A DNA stretch of 64,000 nt, from contig CBFDEM010000056.1 in the NCBI GenBank assembly GCA_965603825.1, positions 186,001 through 250,000 of the forward strand, read 5' to 3'. The notes under the pieces are model-generated. The model saw only the letters and a list, made by a program, of their open reading frames with translations. It was not told where the DNA came from and ran no database searches. This stretch comes from Blepharisma stoltei ATCC 30299. Taxonomy: Eukaryota > Protista > Ciliophora. Made by a program: the position numbers and the translations under genes. Positions 34,101-44,534 of this stretch are shown here, piece after piece (the stretch's first letter is position 1; the number at the start of each line of letters is the position of its first letter).

Positions 34101-35855
34101 TTATTTTGATTTTAATGACGGCCGGAACGTGCAGCTTTGGAGCTCTTGGTGCTCCTTCATTTCTTTTTGCTTGGCCAGTTTCAATTGGTTTAGCTTAGTC
34201 GTCATAACTGAGCGCTCATAGATGTCTTCTGGAAGTGATGACCTTGATTTCTCTGCAAGTTTAATAGACTTTTCACTAATAAGAACTGGAGCTTCTTGGC
34301 TGGTTTCTTGCTGTTTGATTTCTGCAATGGTTTCTCGTTTAAGGAGATGAGCTCTTTCTTCAACAGTCAGAGTGTTGCAAAGTTCTTCCAATTTTTCAGC
34401 AAATTCGGGAAATTCCATTGGAGATTGGGAGGTTTCAATGTCATTGAAAATTGGGGTCAAAATCGCAAGGTTTTTGCCATCAAGGTCATCTATATTGATT
34501 TCTTGGGACGAAATTTTCCCGTCGTTGTCAGAATCGAGGGTAGAGAAGAGCTTTTGATATTGCTTGATTCTGAAATCCTTAAAAATTTTTTGAGATGCTG
34601 CACTTGCTTTCTGTGCAGCTGCTGTCGCATTCCAAAAAGTCTGTGTTTCCGCAGTTACCTCATTAATTTTCTTTTGCTTCTCATCTTTTAATGAATACAA
34701 ATGTTCCCATATAGGCTGCTCATTTCTATTCGTTTTGCTATAAGTTTGTGGGTGGAATAATCTTTGCCCAGTGCTTTCATCATGCGTAGGCTGCTGCTGC
34801 AATCTCATAGCTTCCAGCTCTTCTTCTACCTTTTTCTTTGAATTTACAAGTCTTTCAATAAATTCATTAGTGCTTTCCACTTCTTTTTTTTCTACATGGA
34901 TTTCAGGTCTAAAACTGTACTGTCTAATGCTTTCTTCTTCCAGCTCAATCTGCTTTTCTTTTTTTCTACTAGCTTGTGAAAACAACTCTTCATGAATAGG
35001 CTTAGTGCTAGTCCTGGATCTATTCCACGATGTTTCTTTAATTGCTGGCGTAAATGTGCACTCCTTCATCTCATCAACTTCTACCTTTGCTTTTAAATCA
35101 GCTAATCTTTCTTTATACTCCTCAGCTTTTCTATTAAGCAAATCCTCAGTTTTCTCATAGTTTCTAGGAGAAAGCAAGCTTGAAAACTTGTTGATTTGTG
35201 GCTTAAAACTGTAGCTCATCAGCTCTTTGCTTTCGTTTTCTTGTCTTTTGGCTTCTCCGTTCTTAAGCAGTGCTTCTTTTTGCTTAAGTCCTTTTATATA
35301 CAGCCATTCTCCATAGTTAATATTGCTTTGAGTTTTAGATTTGGTAAGTGCAGTGGTCGTGTTGTTAGAAAGCACAGATTTTGAAGGCTTGGCTCCTTGT
35401 CGATAAAGCCGATCATATACACTCCCTTGGCTTTGTCGCTTATTTGCAAGAGCTTTTGAGCGGGGGTTAATTGTAGGGGCATGATTGCCTTTGCTGTTAG
35501 TTTCGAATAGAAAATTGTCCTTTGGGGTGTAAGAGCTAGAGTATGAGCCAAAGAAATCAGACATTTTTCCTAGGTCTGGAGAAGTTGAATTTGCACGCTT
35601 CTCGACGAGCTCTTTGTTCTGTCTAATCACATGGGCTAAAGACTGCTGAAGAGATTTGTCAAGTTTATGCTTCATTGCAAAGTCGTGAGCTAGCTGGAAG
35701 GGATCATCATTTTCGCTTATAGTAATAATATCTTGACGGCCATCACCAATCTCAACAGTCATTACTAGGAGTTCTTGATTTTTAGGCCTTGCTTTAGGTG
35801 AATCTTCTTGAGCACTGTATTCCTCAGTGTCAGAAAGGCTAACTGGGTCTTCCAT
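34101..35855 (-). CDS. Coiled-coil protein with repeated [CY][ST]FxP motifs, an EF-hand and an N-terminal PFU-like domain
   Basis: 584-aa ORF. YSFKPQIN, CTFTPAI, YSFRPEI, CTFRPSL, EF-hand LDSDNDGKIS. Paralog of 52626-53999. Confidence 0.8.
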   Translation of the reverse strand: MEDPVSLSDTEEYSAQEDSPKARPKNQELLVMTVEIGDGRQDIITISENDDPFQLAHDFAMKHKLDKSLQQSLAHVIRQNKELVEKRANSTSPDLGKMSDFFGSYSSSYTPKDNFLFETNSKGNHAPTINPRSKALANKRQSQGSVYDRLYRQGAKPSKSVLSNNTTTALTKSKTQSNINYGEWLYIKGLKQKEALLKNGEAKRQENESKELMSYSFKPQINKFSSLLSPRNYEKTEDLLNRKAEEYKERLADLKAKVEVDEMKECTFTPAIKETSWNRSRTSTKPIHEELFSQASRKKEKQIELEEESIRQYSFRPEIHVEKKEVESTNEFIERLVNSKKKVEEELEAMRLQQQPTHDESTGQRLFHPQTYSKTNRNEQPIWEHLYSLKDEKQKKINEVTAETQTFWNATAAAQKASAASQKIFKDFRIKQYQKLFSTLDSDNDGKISSQEINIDDLDGKNLAILTPIFNDIETSQSPMEFPEFAEKLEELCNTLTVEERAHLLKRETIAEIKQQETSQEAPVLISEKSIKLAEKSRSSLPEDIYERSVMTTKLNQLKLAKQKEMKEHQELQSCTFRPSLKSK

Positions 35856-36094
35856 AGTTTATTTTATATAAATAGTTCATCCATTTAGAAAAAAACCATT
35901 AAGTTCAAAAATGAAATCCTTGGATTTCTCTTTTTGTAAGGCAATTAAACGCTTGATAGGTTTTTTAATAATTTAGCCACAATAACTAATTTATTTCTTA
36001 CGATTTTTAAATTAATTATTTAACTTGCCTATTAAATTCATCTATTTCTATTTTTAATCTAAAATATTCTTATTACCAGATAATTTGTTAATAA

Positions 36095-37105
36095 ATGCTA
36101 GTTTTTAGAAGAAGGATAATTCCATTCCCATTAAAGAGATTCGTCAGCAGTGATGACGACGATGTACTTTTTGCGAACGACAAAATCGAGTCAAAGCATA
36201 ACCCCAAGTCCAACTCTCCCTTCAGAATTGCACTCAGGGTTCTGGGAAGGATTGTCTTTTATGGTAGCGTCTGCTTATACGGATACACTTATTACACCTA
36301 CAAGCACCAACAAGACCCAGAAAATCAAATGCTAATCAACCCTTACTTTCTCTCAGCTGTAAAGTGGACTGATACACGTGTCAAGGCAGTTTATTCTTTA
36401 TTTGTGGATCCTCCGCTTGACAAATTGCTGCCAGACTTGGTTTTGCCTCCAGGATATATGAAGCCAAAAACACTTGTACTGGATTTAAGAGGCACCCTTG
36501 TCTCTACAGAGTACGTCTTCGGAAAAGGCTTTGAAGTAATGAAGCGGCCTGGCCTGTCTGATTTCTTAAATCGTATGGCTCGCATGTACGAAGTCGTCAT
36601 TTTTAGCGACGAAGAGACCTTTCTCACATCTCAGCTGACAGATTCTTTGGACCCAAGACATATGATTTTTACGGCAAGGCTTGGCAAAGAATGCTTAGCT
36701 TATAGGTCAGGAGAGTTCATTAAAGATTTAGATTACCTTAACAGAGATCTGAAAAATGTAATTATCATTGAAAAAGACCCTGCAAGAGTCAAGAAACACC
36801 CTGATAATGCTATTTTGCTACCTGAATTCAAAGGAGACGTTTCGGATAACAGTTTGCCTGAGCTGACTCCTTTTCTTGAGCATTTGGTAAAAGATAATGT
36901 GCAGGATATAAGAGAAGAACTCAATAAATATGGGCATACAGAAACAGGCAAAAAATACTTGAAAAAGATCGCAGGACTTAGAGACCAAGTCTTACTGCAA
37001 CAGCGAAAAGGGCTTGGAGGGTTTTTATCTAAAAATAAAACCTTCAGCAACAAAAAAGCCAATGTGGAGCCACTTGAAGATCTGGTTCCAAAGCCAGGAG
37101 ATTAG
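36095..37105 (+). CDS. TIM50: Mitochondrial inner-membrane translocase subunit TIM50
   Basis: Basic presequence, one TM, P..DKLLPD..P..KTLVLDL..TLV, KRPGL..FL, YEVVIFS and KDLDYLNRDLKNVIII (FCP1-like fold). Confidence 0.9.
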   Translation: MLVFRRRIIPFPLKRFVSSDDDDVLFANDKIESKHNPKSNSPFRIALRVLGRIVFYGSVCLYGYTYYTYKHQQDPENQMLINPYFLSAVKWTDTRVKAVYSLFVDPPLDKLLPDLVLPPGYMKPKTLVLDLRGTLVSTEYVFGKGFEVMKRPGLSDFLNRMARMYEVVIFSDEETFLTSQLTDSLDPRHMIFTARLGKECLAYRSGEFIKDLDYLNRDLKNVIIIEKDPARVKKHPDNAILLPEFKGDVSDNSLPELTPFLEHLVKDNVQDIREELNKYGHTETGKKYLKKIAGLRDQVLLQQRKGLGGFLSKNKTFSNKKANVEPLEDLVPKPGD

Positions 37106-37150
37106 TTAAGTGATTAATTTCTAAAGGACAAAAGGATTATATAATAGATT

Positions 37151-38509
37151 CTATAGTAGATACTTCCTGAGATCTGTCTGTTTCGTCATTTCTTTTACTT
37201 TGCTATTCACCAACTCAGCTGTGACGACAACCTCTTGGTTTTCATAGTCCAGCGCATTAAAAGAGATATCCTCCAAAATCTTTTCCATTACCGTTGTGAG
37301 TCTTCTTGCACCAGTGTTTTCTATGGTTTTATTGATTTCGTCGGCGACCTCAGCAATCCTATCAACTGCTTCTGGGGTGAATTTCAGGTCAATTTTTTCA
37401 GTCTTCAAGAGTTCTGTGTTTTGCTTTATCAAGTTGTTTTCTGGCTCAGTCAAAATTCTTTTAAGGTCGTCTTTTTGTAAAGCTTTTAGGTTGACTCTGA
37501 CAGGAAGACGGCCTTGGAGCTCAGCGAGGAGATCAGATGGTCTGGTTTCGCTAAAAGCTCCTGAGGCAATGAATAAGATGTGGTCAGTTTGGACGTCGCC
37601 ATGCTTGGTGGTGATCATGGTCCCTTCTATTATAGGCAATAAGTCTCTTTGTACTCCTTCTGCACTTGGATTTGTGCCAGTTTTTATTGCGTCAGCTGAG
37701 GTGGCGATTTTGTCGATTTCGTCAATAAAAACAATTCCATGCTCTTGGACTGCTTCTAAGGCTTCTTTAATTATATTTTGTTCTTTCATGTAGCCTTCAG
37801 TTATCTGAGTTGCCAGTGTTTTTTTGGCTTCCCCGATTTGGATTTTTTCTTTATAAGCTTGGAGAGTTCTGCCTGGCTTATATCTTTTCAGGGTGTCGAG
37901 GTAGTCCTCTATTGACAGAGCATCAGCTTGGGTGTTTCTCTCTACAATCTTTTCTAAATCAGGGATTTCTACATAAATCATCCTCTGGTCCATTTTTCCT
38001 GACCTCAGCTGCTCACGCTTAACTTCTTTTCTCTCATTCTCTGGAAAATCAGGCCCTAGCAGATGGCTTAGCAAGTATTCCTCCACAATGGCGTCAATTT
38101 CTGAAGAAAAGCTTTTCAGTTTGCTCCTCAAATTTTCCTTGGTCTGGTGTATCCCTGCTGAAACTAAATCCTTGATAATTTGATCCACATCTCGGCCATG
38201 ATACCCCACTTCCGTAAACTTCGTAGCCTCAACCTTTATAAATGGTGACCCACAGAGCTTTGCAAGCCTTCTAGCAATTTCTGTTTTTCCGCATCCAGTT
38301 GGCCCAATCATCAAGATGTTTTTTGGTGTCACCTCAGCTTGAAGATTTTCTGGCAATTGCTTCCTTCTTCACCTGGTCCTAAGAGCAATTGCTACAGCCT
38401 GTTTCGCCTCTTGTTGCCCGACTATGAATTTATCAAGCTCTGAACACAGCTGTTTTGGGCTGAGACTGAAGGACGAGCTGGAAATTGCTCTTCTCATAAA
38501 TCGCAGCAT
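37151..38509 (-). CDS. hslU: Mitochondrial HslU (ClpY) AAA+ ATPase
   Basis: Presequence MLRFMRRAISSS, ELDKFIVGQ, LRTRW(TGA)RR, PKNILMIGPTGCGKTE, VFIDEIDK, GVQRDLLP, ELQGRLP, GARRL and C-terminal DLRKYLL. Confidence 0.95.
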
Positions 38510-38581
38510 TTTATTAGTTTTCTTAAAAAATGCTAGGAAAATTAGCTGCAAATATGCCTCCAAATAAAATATAATCCCGCC

Positions 38582-39604
38582 ATGTTCGTTCAGAGTACCC
38601 TCGCTCCTCAAAAGCCTGTAGTTGAAGTCACCCAAACCCTCCCATGGGTAGAAAAATACAGACCACAAAAGATTGATGAACTGGCCCACCAAGAAGAAAT
38701 TGTGAATGCCCTTCAGACCTCCCTCAGCTCTGGCTCTTTGCCACATCTTCTTTTTTATGGGCCTCCTGGCACAGGGAAGACCTCTGCAATTTTAGCTATT
38801 GCTAAACAAATGTTTGGGCCTGATTTATACAAGTCAAGAGTGCTTGAATTAAATGCATCAGATGACAGAGGAATCAATGTTGTCAGAGAAAAAATTAAAA
38901 AATTCGCACAGGTGGCAGTTACTAAGTACCAAAACGCACAATGTCCTAATTTTAAGATTATAATTCTAGATGAGGCTGACTCACTCACATCAGATGCGCA
39001 ATCAGCCTTAAGGAGGGTTATTGAAAAGTATACAAAAGTGACGAGATTTTGCTTGATTTGCAACTATATTAGCAAAATCATTGATCCTTTGGCATCAAGA
39101 TGTGCGAAGTTTAGGTTTAAGCCAATCAGTGAAGAAGCGCATTTAAATAGGCTGAAGTATATTTGTGAGCAGGAAAGGATTAATTGTACAAATGATGCAT
39201 TTTCGCTGCTTATTCAAGTATCTGAAGGGGATTTAAGGAAAAGTATCACAGCTTTGCAGAGCACAAGCAAATTGCATGGGGATTGGATTTCGGATCAAAT
39301 GGTGCTTGATGTTGCTGCGGTTATCCCTGCTGATGTTATAAACCAGATTTATCAGTCTCTTCAAGGGACTTTTGAGGAAGTTCAACAGCTGTCAGCGGAT
39401 TTGATTCTTGAAGGTTTCCAGCCTGATAGCATTATTTTTCAGTTATTTGATTTTCTGCTGAGCAGACAAGAAATATCTGACATTAAAAAAGCAAAAATTG
39501 TAGAGGTTTTAGCAGAAGTAGACTATGGACTTGTGGCTGGAGGAAATGAAAGCCTTTTAATTTTGAAAGCGCTGAGCTCAATTCAAGAAATTTTAAATAA
39601 TTAA
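38582..39604 (+). CDS. RFC4: Replication factor C small subunit (human RFC4/yeast Rfc2 type)
   Basis: PWVEKYRP, PHLLFYGPPGTGKTS, ELNASDDRGI, FKIIILDEADSLTSDAQSALRR and SRCAKFRF. Confidence 0.93.
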   Translation: MFVQSTLAPQKPVVEVTQTLPWVEKYRPQKIDELAHQEEIVNALQTSLSSGSLPHLLFYGPPGTGKTSAILAIAKQMFGPDLYKSRVLELNASDDRGINVVREKIKKFAQVAVTKYQNAQCPNFKIIILDEADSLTSDAQSALRRVIEKYTKVTRFCLICNYISKIIDPLASRCAKFRFKPISEEAHLNRLKYICEQERINCTNDAFSLLIQVSEGDLRKSITALQSTSKLHGDWISDQMVLDVAAVIPADVINQIYQSLQGTFEEVQQLSADLILEGFQPDSIIFQLFDFLLSRQEISDIKKAKIVEVLAEVDYGLVAGGNESLLILKALSSIQEILNN

Positions 39605-40200
39605 TGGTAAGTTCAAATATGATGGAAAATGCTTAAAATAGATTTGAATGATAGGGTAAAAAATATTACATGATAGCGACAAGTAAATTTTGAATTATAA
39701 TTTTTCCTATATTTGCATTTTTATATAATTTCCGACTATTATGGTTTTTACAATAATTTCCCCAATTAAATAGTGGATATCAAAAACTTTGAGAGTTCAA
39801 ATTAAATTTATTATAAAATGAATTAGAACTACTAAGATTTTAGAATTATAGAGAGACTGCATTGTTGCTAATTAATAATAAAAATTAGTATTTTGCTAAT
39901 TTTATAAATTAATCAATTTAACAAGAAGAAATTGCATGCGAATTGATATGCTATTCTACCAATTTATAAAATAATCTTGTGTGCATTCAAACCGAACAAA
40001 ATTATTAAAATTTATAAAAATTGCTTTTCATATATTTTCCATATCCTTTTTATTAATTCTGTTTTTTTTTTGAGGATACCAGCTCTTTAATTTTGCTTAT
40101 ATCATAATATCTTTTGAGTTAACTTTCTTATAAAATTCAGGCAAATTGTGTATTATCAAATTCATGAATATCCATTATTAAATTATAAATAAATTAGAAA

Positions 40201-43200
40201 ATGCTTTTCATTGTTTATCTTAGCCTTATTCAATTTACACAATCACTTGGAGATTTCATGATTTACGTACTTTATTCTGAACAAACAAACTCAAATTTTG
40301 TATCAGATGCAAAAAACTACTTATCTAACACAATCAATCACAGTGAACAATTTTTTGATATTGAAGTCATAGAGATGGTTTTAAATCAAAATTTGGCTGA
40401 TATTCTAGATACCAACCTGAATTTTTTAATTGTTGACGCAACTTTTAACGTTTATTGGAATAGGATAATTTATGAGTACACTGAGAATAATAGCATAGTG
40501 AACCTTATATTGAGTCTTGAAGCTAGCCATAAAGGAGATTGACAGTTTTTTCTCCATAATTCTGTTGATCAACATCAAAATATTGCTGAATCAGTTATAA
40601 ACTTTTTTGGATGAAACAATTTAGCCATAGTTTCTAGTGAAGTCCAGGCAAACCTTAAAATAGCTTCTAATATTGAAAAACGGTTAAATAAAAAAGTTTC
40701 CCTAAAAGTGGTACTTCCAGATTCAATAATTGAAGAAAATATAGAAAATTATATCGGGAAAATCATAAAGCCTGAAGGTATTCAAATGTTTTTGATTCTT
40801 GTAGAAGGAGGACACTTTCAGTATTTATTAGGAGGTCTTAAAAATGAAAAAATCTATAAAAAAGGTGCAGGCATATTAGCTGGCAGTTCCAGTGTTTGGG
40901 CTGATGGCGAGGATGGAGTAATTATGTATGTTGAGAAGGGATTGGAAACAGCGACGTCGTATTCTGAATATGAGTTTTTGGCAATAAAGCAATTTACTGA
41001 TATGATACTTGATTTCAAATTAAAATATATGAGCACTGAGCCATTTGATTTACGGTTAATTCGGCAATTATTTGAGTCCAACACATATCAACATAGAAAA
41101 TTGCCAATTTTTTCAATAATAAATATTGACAAAGGAGAGAAGATTTTAAAAGCTGAATTTGAAAACACAAAATTTCAGGTCTTCAACCGCACATTTCTTT
41201 ATCCAGGAAATACAACTGCTTTTCCAAAAATATCAGAAACTGAGATTGTAATTTCAGTTGCTTCAGGATCAACTGAGCCAAATGGCTTGCCTAAAAATCT
41301 TTTGAACCCTCAAAATTTTTTGGGCTCTTTATATGCACAGTGAGTTGTAAATAACTCAACCTCTCTTCTTAACAATTTCTACATCACTCAGTTCCAAACA
41401 GACTGCGGCTCAAACACATATGATTTCAATTTTTATTACAACTGTATGAGTACAAACAAAGATCAGCTTGGTGTCGCATTTCTTTCTCCTTCATTCAGTG
41501 CTGGAGCAGTAGGATACGTTTCAGTTTTCCGAGAACTAGGACTAGAGATTCCTCAATGTGGGGCTGGTACTCGAGTTGCTACCTTATCTAATAAAACTCA
41601 ATATCCTGAATATATGAGGGTCACTACCAGTGCTGAATATTTTGCAGTTATTTTAGCCAAAGGAGTTGCGTATTTTGGCTGAAATAACGTTGCCGTCATT
41701 TATGCTAATAAATCATCGATTATCCCTGTCTACAAGAGATTTAAACAGCAATGCGAAACACTTGGGATAAATATTTTGAACGATGAAAACGAAAGAATGA
41801 TTTCGCCAGGATATTTGAGGACAAATTTCACGCAGTATAAGCATATTTTTAAAAATATTTATGAGTCTAAAGCGAGGGTTTGTATTATTCTTTTAGAAAA
41901 TCCGAATGCTTGGCATGCAATAGAAGGGCTCTATGATGTTGGGTTTAGAAAAGGGGATCTTGTTCCTGTTTTTTACAGTAAAACTGGTGGCGTTCAGGCT
42001 ATTTCAAATGAGCTTGATGAATATATAAAGAAAAGAAAAGAACTTATGCTTGGGTCTTTAAGCGTGTTTAGCAATGAGTATATTGGGGATTATGGAAAAC
42101 AAATTAAATCTGAAATAGCCCAAGCCTTTTACCCTCAAGATCCCAGCTATAAATGCTTTTCATTTGATGCCTTTATGCTAGCAGCACATGGGCTTGATTA
42201 TACCATTAATCGAGGTGATGATATAGAAAATCCATTAATACTGAATAAAAATTTGAGGAAACAAAGATTTGTAGGCTGCAGTGGAATTATTTCTATTGAA
42301 TCAAACAGCAATAATAGAAATTCTGCGCCTATAAATCTGTTTAATTTTTATTATAATAAAACGAGCAAGACTTATATCGAGACATCAGTCATAGTTTATA
42401 ATCCTGAGTCATCTACACCGTTTATTGTGATGCAACAAATAATGTGGCCTGGAGGCTCCAACACAGTGCCTGAAGACATGAGAGATCAAAATTTTGACTG
42501 CCCATTCGAAAAAAAGCTCGTCAGAAATTCTGGTAGTGGCATTGGAATGCTTTTTGGGGTATGTTTCTCAATTTTCTCAGTATCTGGTATTATCACTTGA
42601 TTAATATGGAAAAAATGGAAAATTGTTGATTATCCTAAATTGGAGAAAACTAAAAAGTTAAAGTTTGCTGATATGATTGTTTATTTGGTCATTGCTATTG
42701 AATTCTTTCAATATTTATATTTAGGTCCACCAATTTCTTCAATGAATTCTGCAGTAGCTTATGCTAGTGAAGCAACTTCTGTTGATTTAACAAGTTTTAT
42801 TACTTTTAAAGGGGCAATATTTTGGATTGCAATGATTATCACTCTTTGCACTGTTTTATTAAGTATATTTTTAAATATTTTTACAGTTACAAGATTTAAG
42901 CACGTTTTTAAATGAAGATGCTGTGTAAATTTAAGACTATTTGCAGAGACATTGATGCCTTTACTAGGAAATGCTTTATTTATCCCAATAATTTCATTTC
43001 TATTAAACGTGTTTTCATGCACTCATGCAACCGGAGACTCTATTTCTGATACTTATTTAGATAAAGATTGCTATCAATATTGTTGGCAAGGAAAACACTT
43101 AGCATTTGCTATGCAATCTATAATTGCAATTTTTATTTACGTTCCTTTGACTGTATACTACAGGCCAGTTTATCAAGAAGTGCAAGAATCCTTGCACATC

Positions 43201-43851
43201 AAAACAATGCCAAAATATCTTGTTATTAAAAGCTTAACACAAATATTCTTTGTAGTCCTTAAAAAAACCCTTGGTCTTTATCAGCCAGAAATCCATGGAT
43301 TTGTCTACTTGATTTTATTTTCATTCTACATTTGAATTATCCTTCGCATAAAAGCATATAATTATGACAGAATGTGTTTGCTGCTATTCATATCAATGCT
43401 AATGGTAGTTTGGTCTGTGCTGTTTACATCTTTAGCAAATATACTTGAAGTAACTTTTATACTTTGGCTGTGCTGCCAACTGACTGGCTGAGCTGCTATT
43501 TTACTCTGAGGAGCAATCAAAGCAAAAAAAATTCCATCCTTAATTATCACAGAAAAAGGAATTGACATATCCGTTTTGTTTAAATTTATGCTTGGGAAGA
43601 TTGAAGCTAACCAAATTGACAAAAAAGAAATCAAGTTTGTTTCTAAGAAAGAAATTACTGACCCTGATCAATGCAAAAAAGTTGATTCTAATGAAAAAAT
43701 AGCAGACGAAGAAAAAATAGAAATAGTTATTGAAGATGAGATGTCTGACGAAAAAGTTTTGAGCTCTGATAACGTGCTAAAAATTGATGAAAATGAAGAA
43801 GGAAAGAGTGACGATACAACAAGAATGAATACAAATAGGAAATTTATTTAA
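40201..43851 (+). CDS. Receptor-like protein, copy 1: signal peptide, Venus-flytrap (ANF-receptor-type) ectodomain, about 9 TM
   Basis: One frame (about 1,216 aa) with TGA=Trp. PQCGAGTRVATLSNKTQYPEYMRV, YFGWNNVAVIY, FDAFMLAAHGL and LRKQRFVGCSGIISI. Confidence 0.88.
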
Positions 43852-44534
43852 ATAATGTAGGTGCTATGATTTTTATGGCAATCTAAAGAATTTTTAAATT
43901 GTTGATGAATTTAATAATTCAATTTTTTTATATATGCCAATTTGTTTCTTGAATAGTTTTTAAATATATGCATTTATATATTTCTATTTGAAAATTTATT
44001 TATTCTTAAACTAATTAGAATTATTTCAAAATCTCACTACATAAAAATAATTATTTATATAATAATAAAAAATCCAAGAGCTTTTTATTTAATCTATTTA
44101 GATGGTTATTTTTTGATAAATTAAGCTTTTAATTCTTGGTAATTCTGAACGAATTAAAGAATTTCACTCATTTGGATTTTAAATAGACAGATAAATGGAT
44201 CATTATTAATCTAGAATTTTAATAAAGTTAGCCAGCTTTCAATTTGAGTTCAGCAAACAAATGCTGAAAAATACTTTAAAAATTTATAAAAAAATCGGAG
44301 AAAGCAAGTCATCACATAAGGATTCCACCTGATAAAATAGCGGGATTTTGCCAAAAAATATTTTCACTGGATTTATTCGAATACAAGGGTTTTCCTTTTT
44401 TTTTTAAAAGGTCAAGGATGTTCTAATTTTGAGGAAATTTTTTAAGTTTATTGATTTTGTGCAAGAAATTTAGGCAATATCGAACATTATAATAAATTAA
44501 ATTCATTCTGGCCTATAATATAATTAATTAAAAA

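Noticed and set aside
38369-38746. 125-aa ORF appearing to overlap RFC4 on the opposite strand
   Set aside because: Only the part from ATG 38509 is real (the HslU N-terminus). The upstream extension is antisense shadow.
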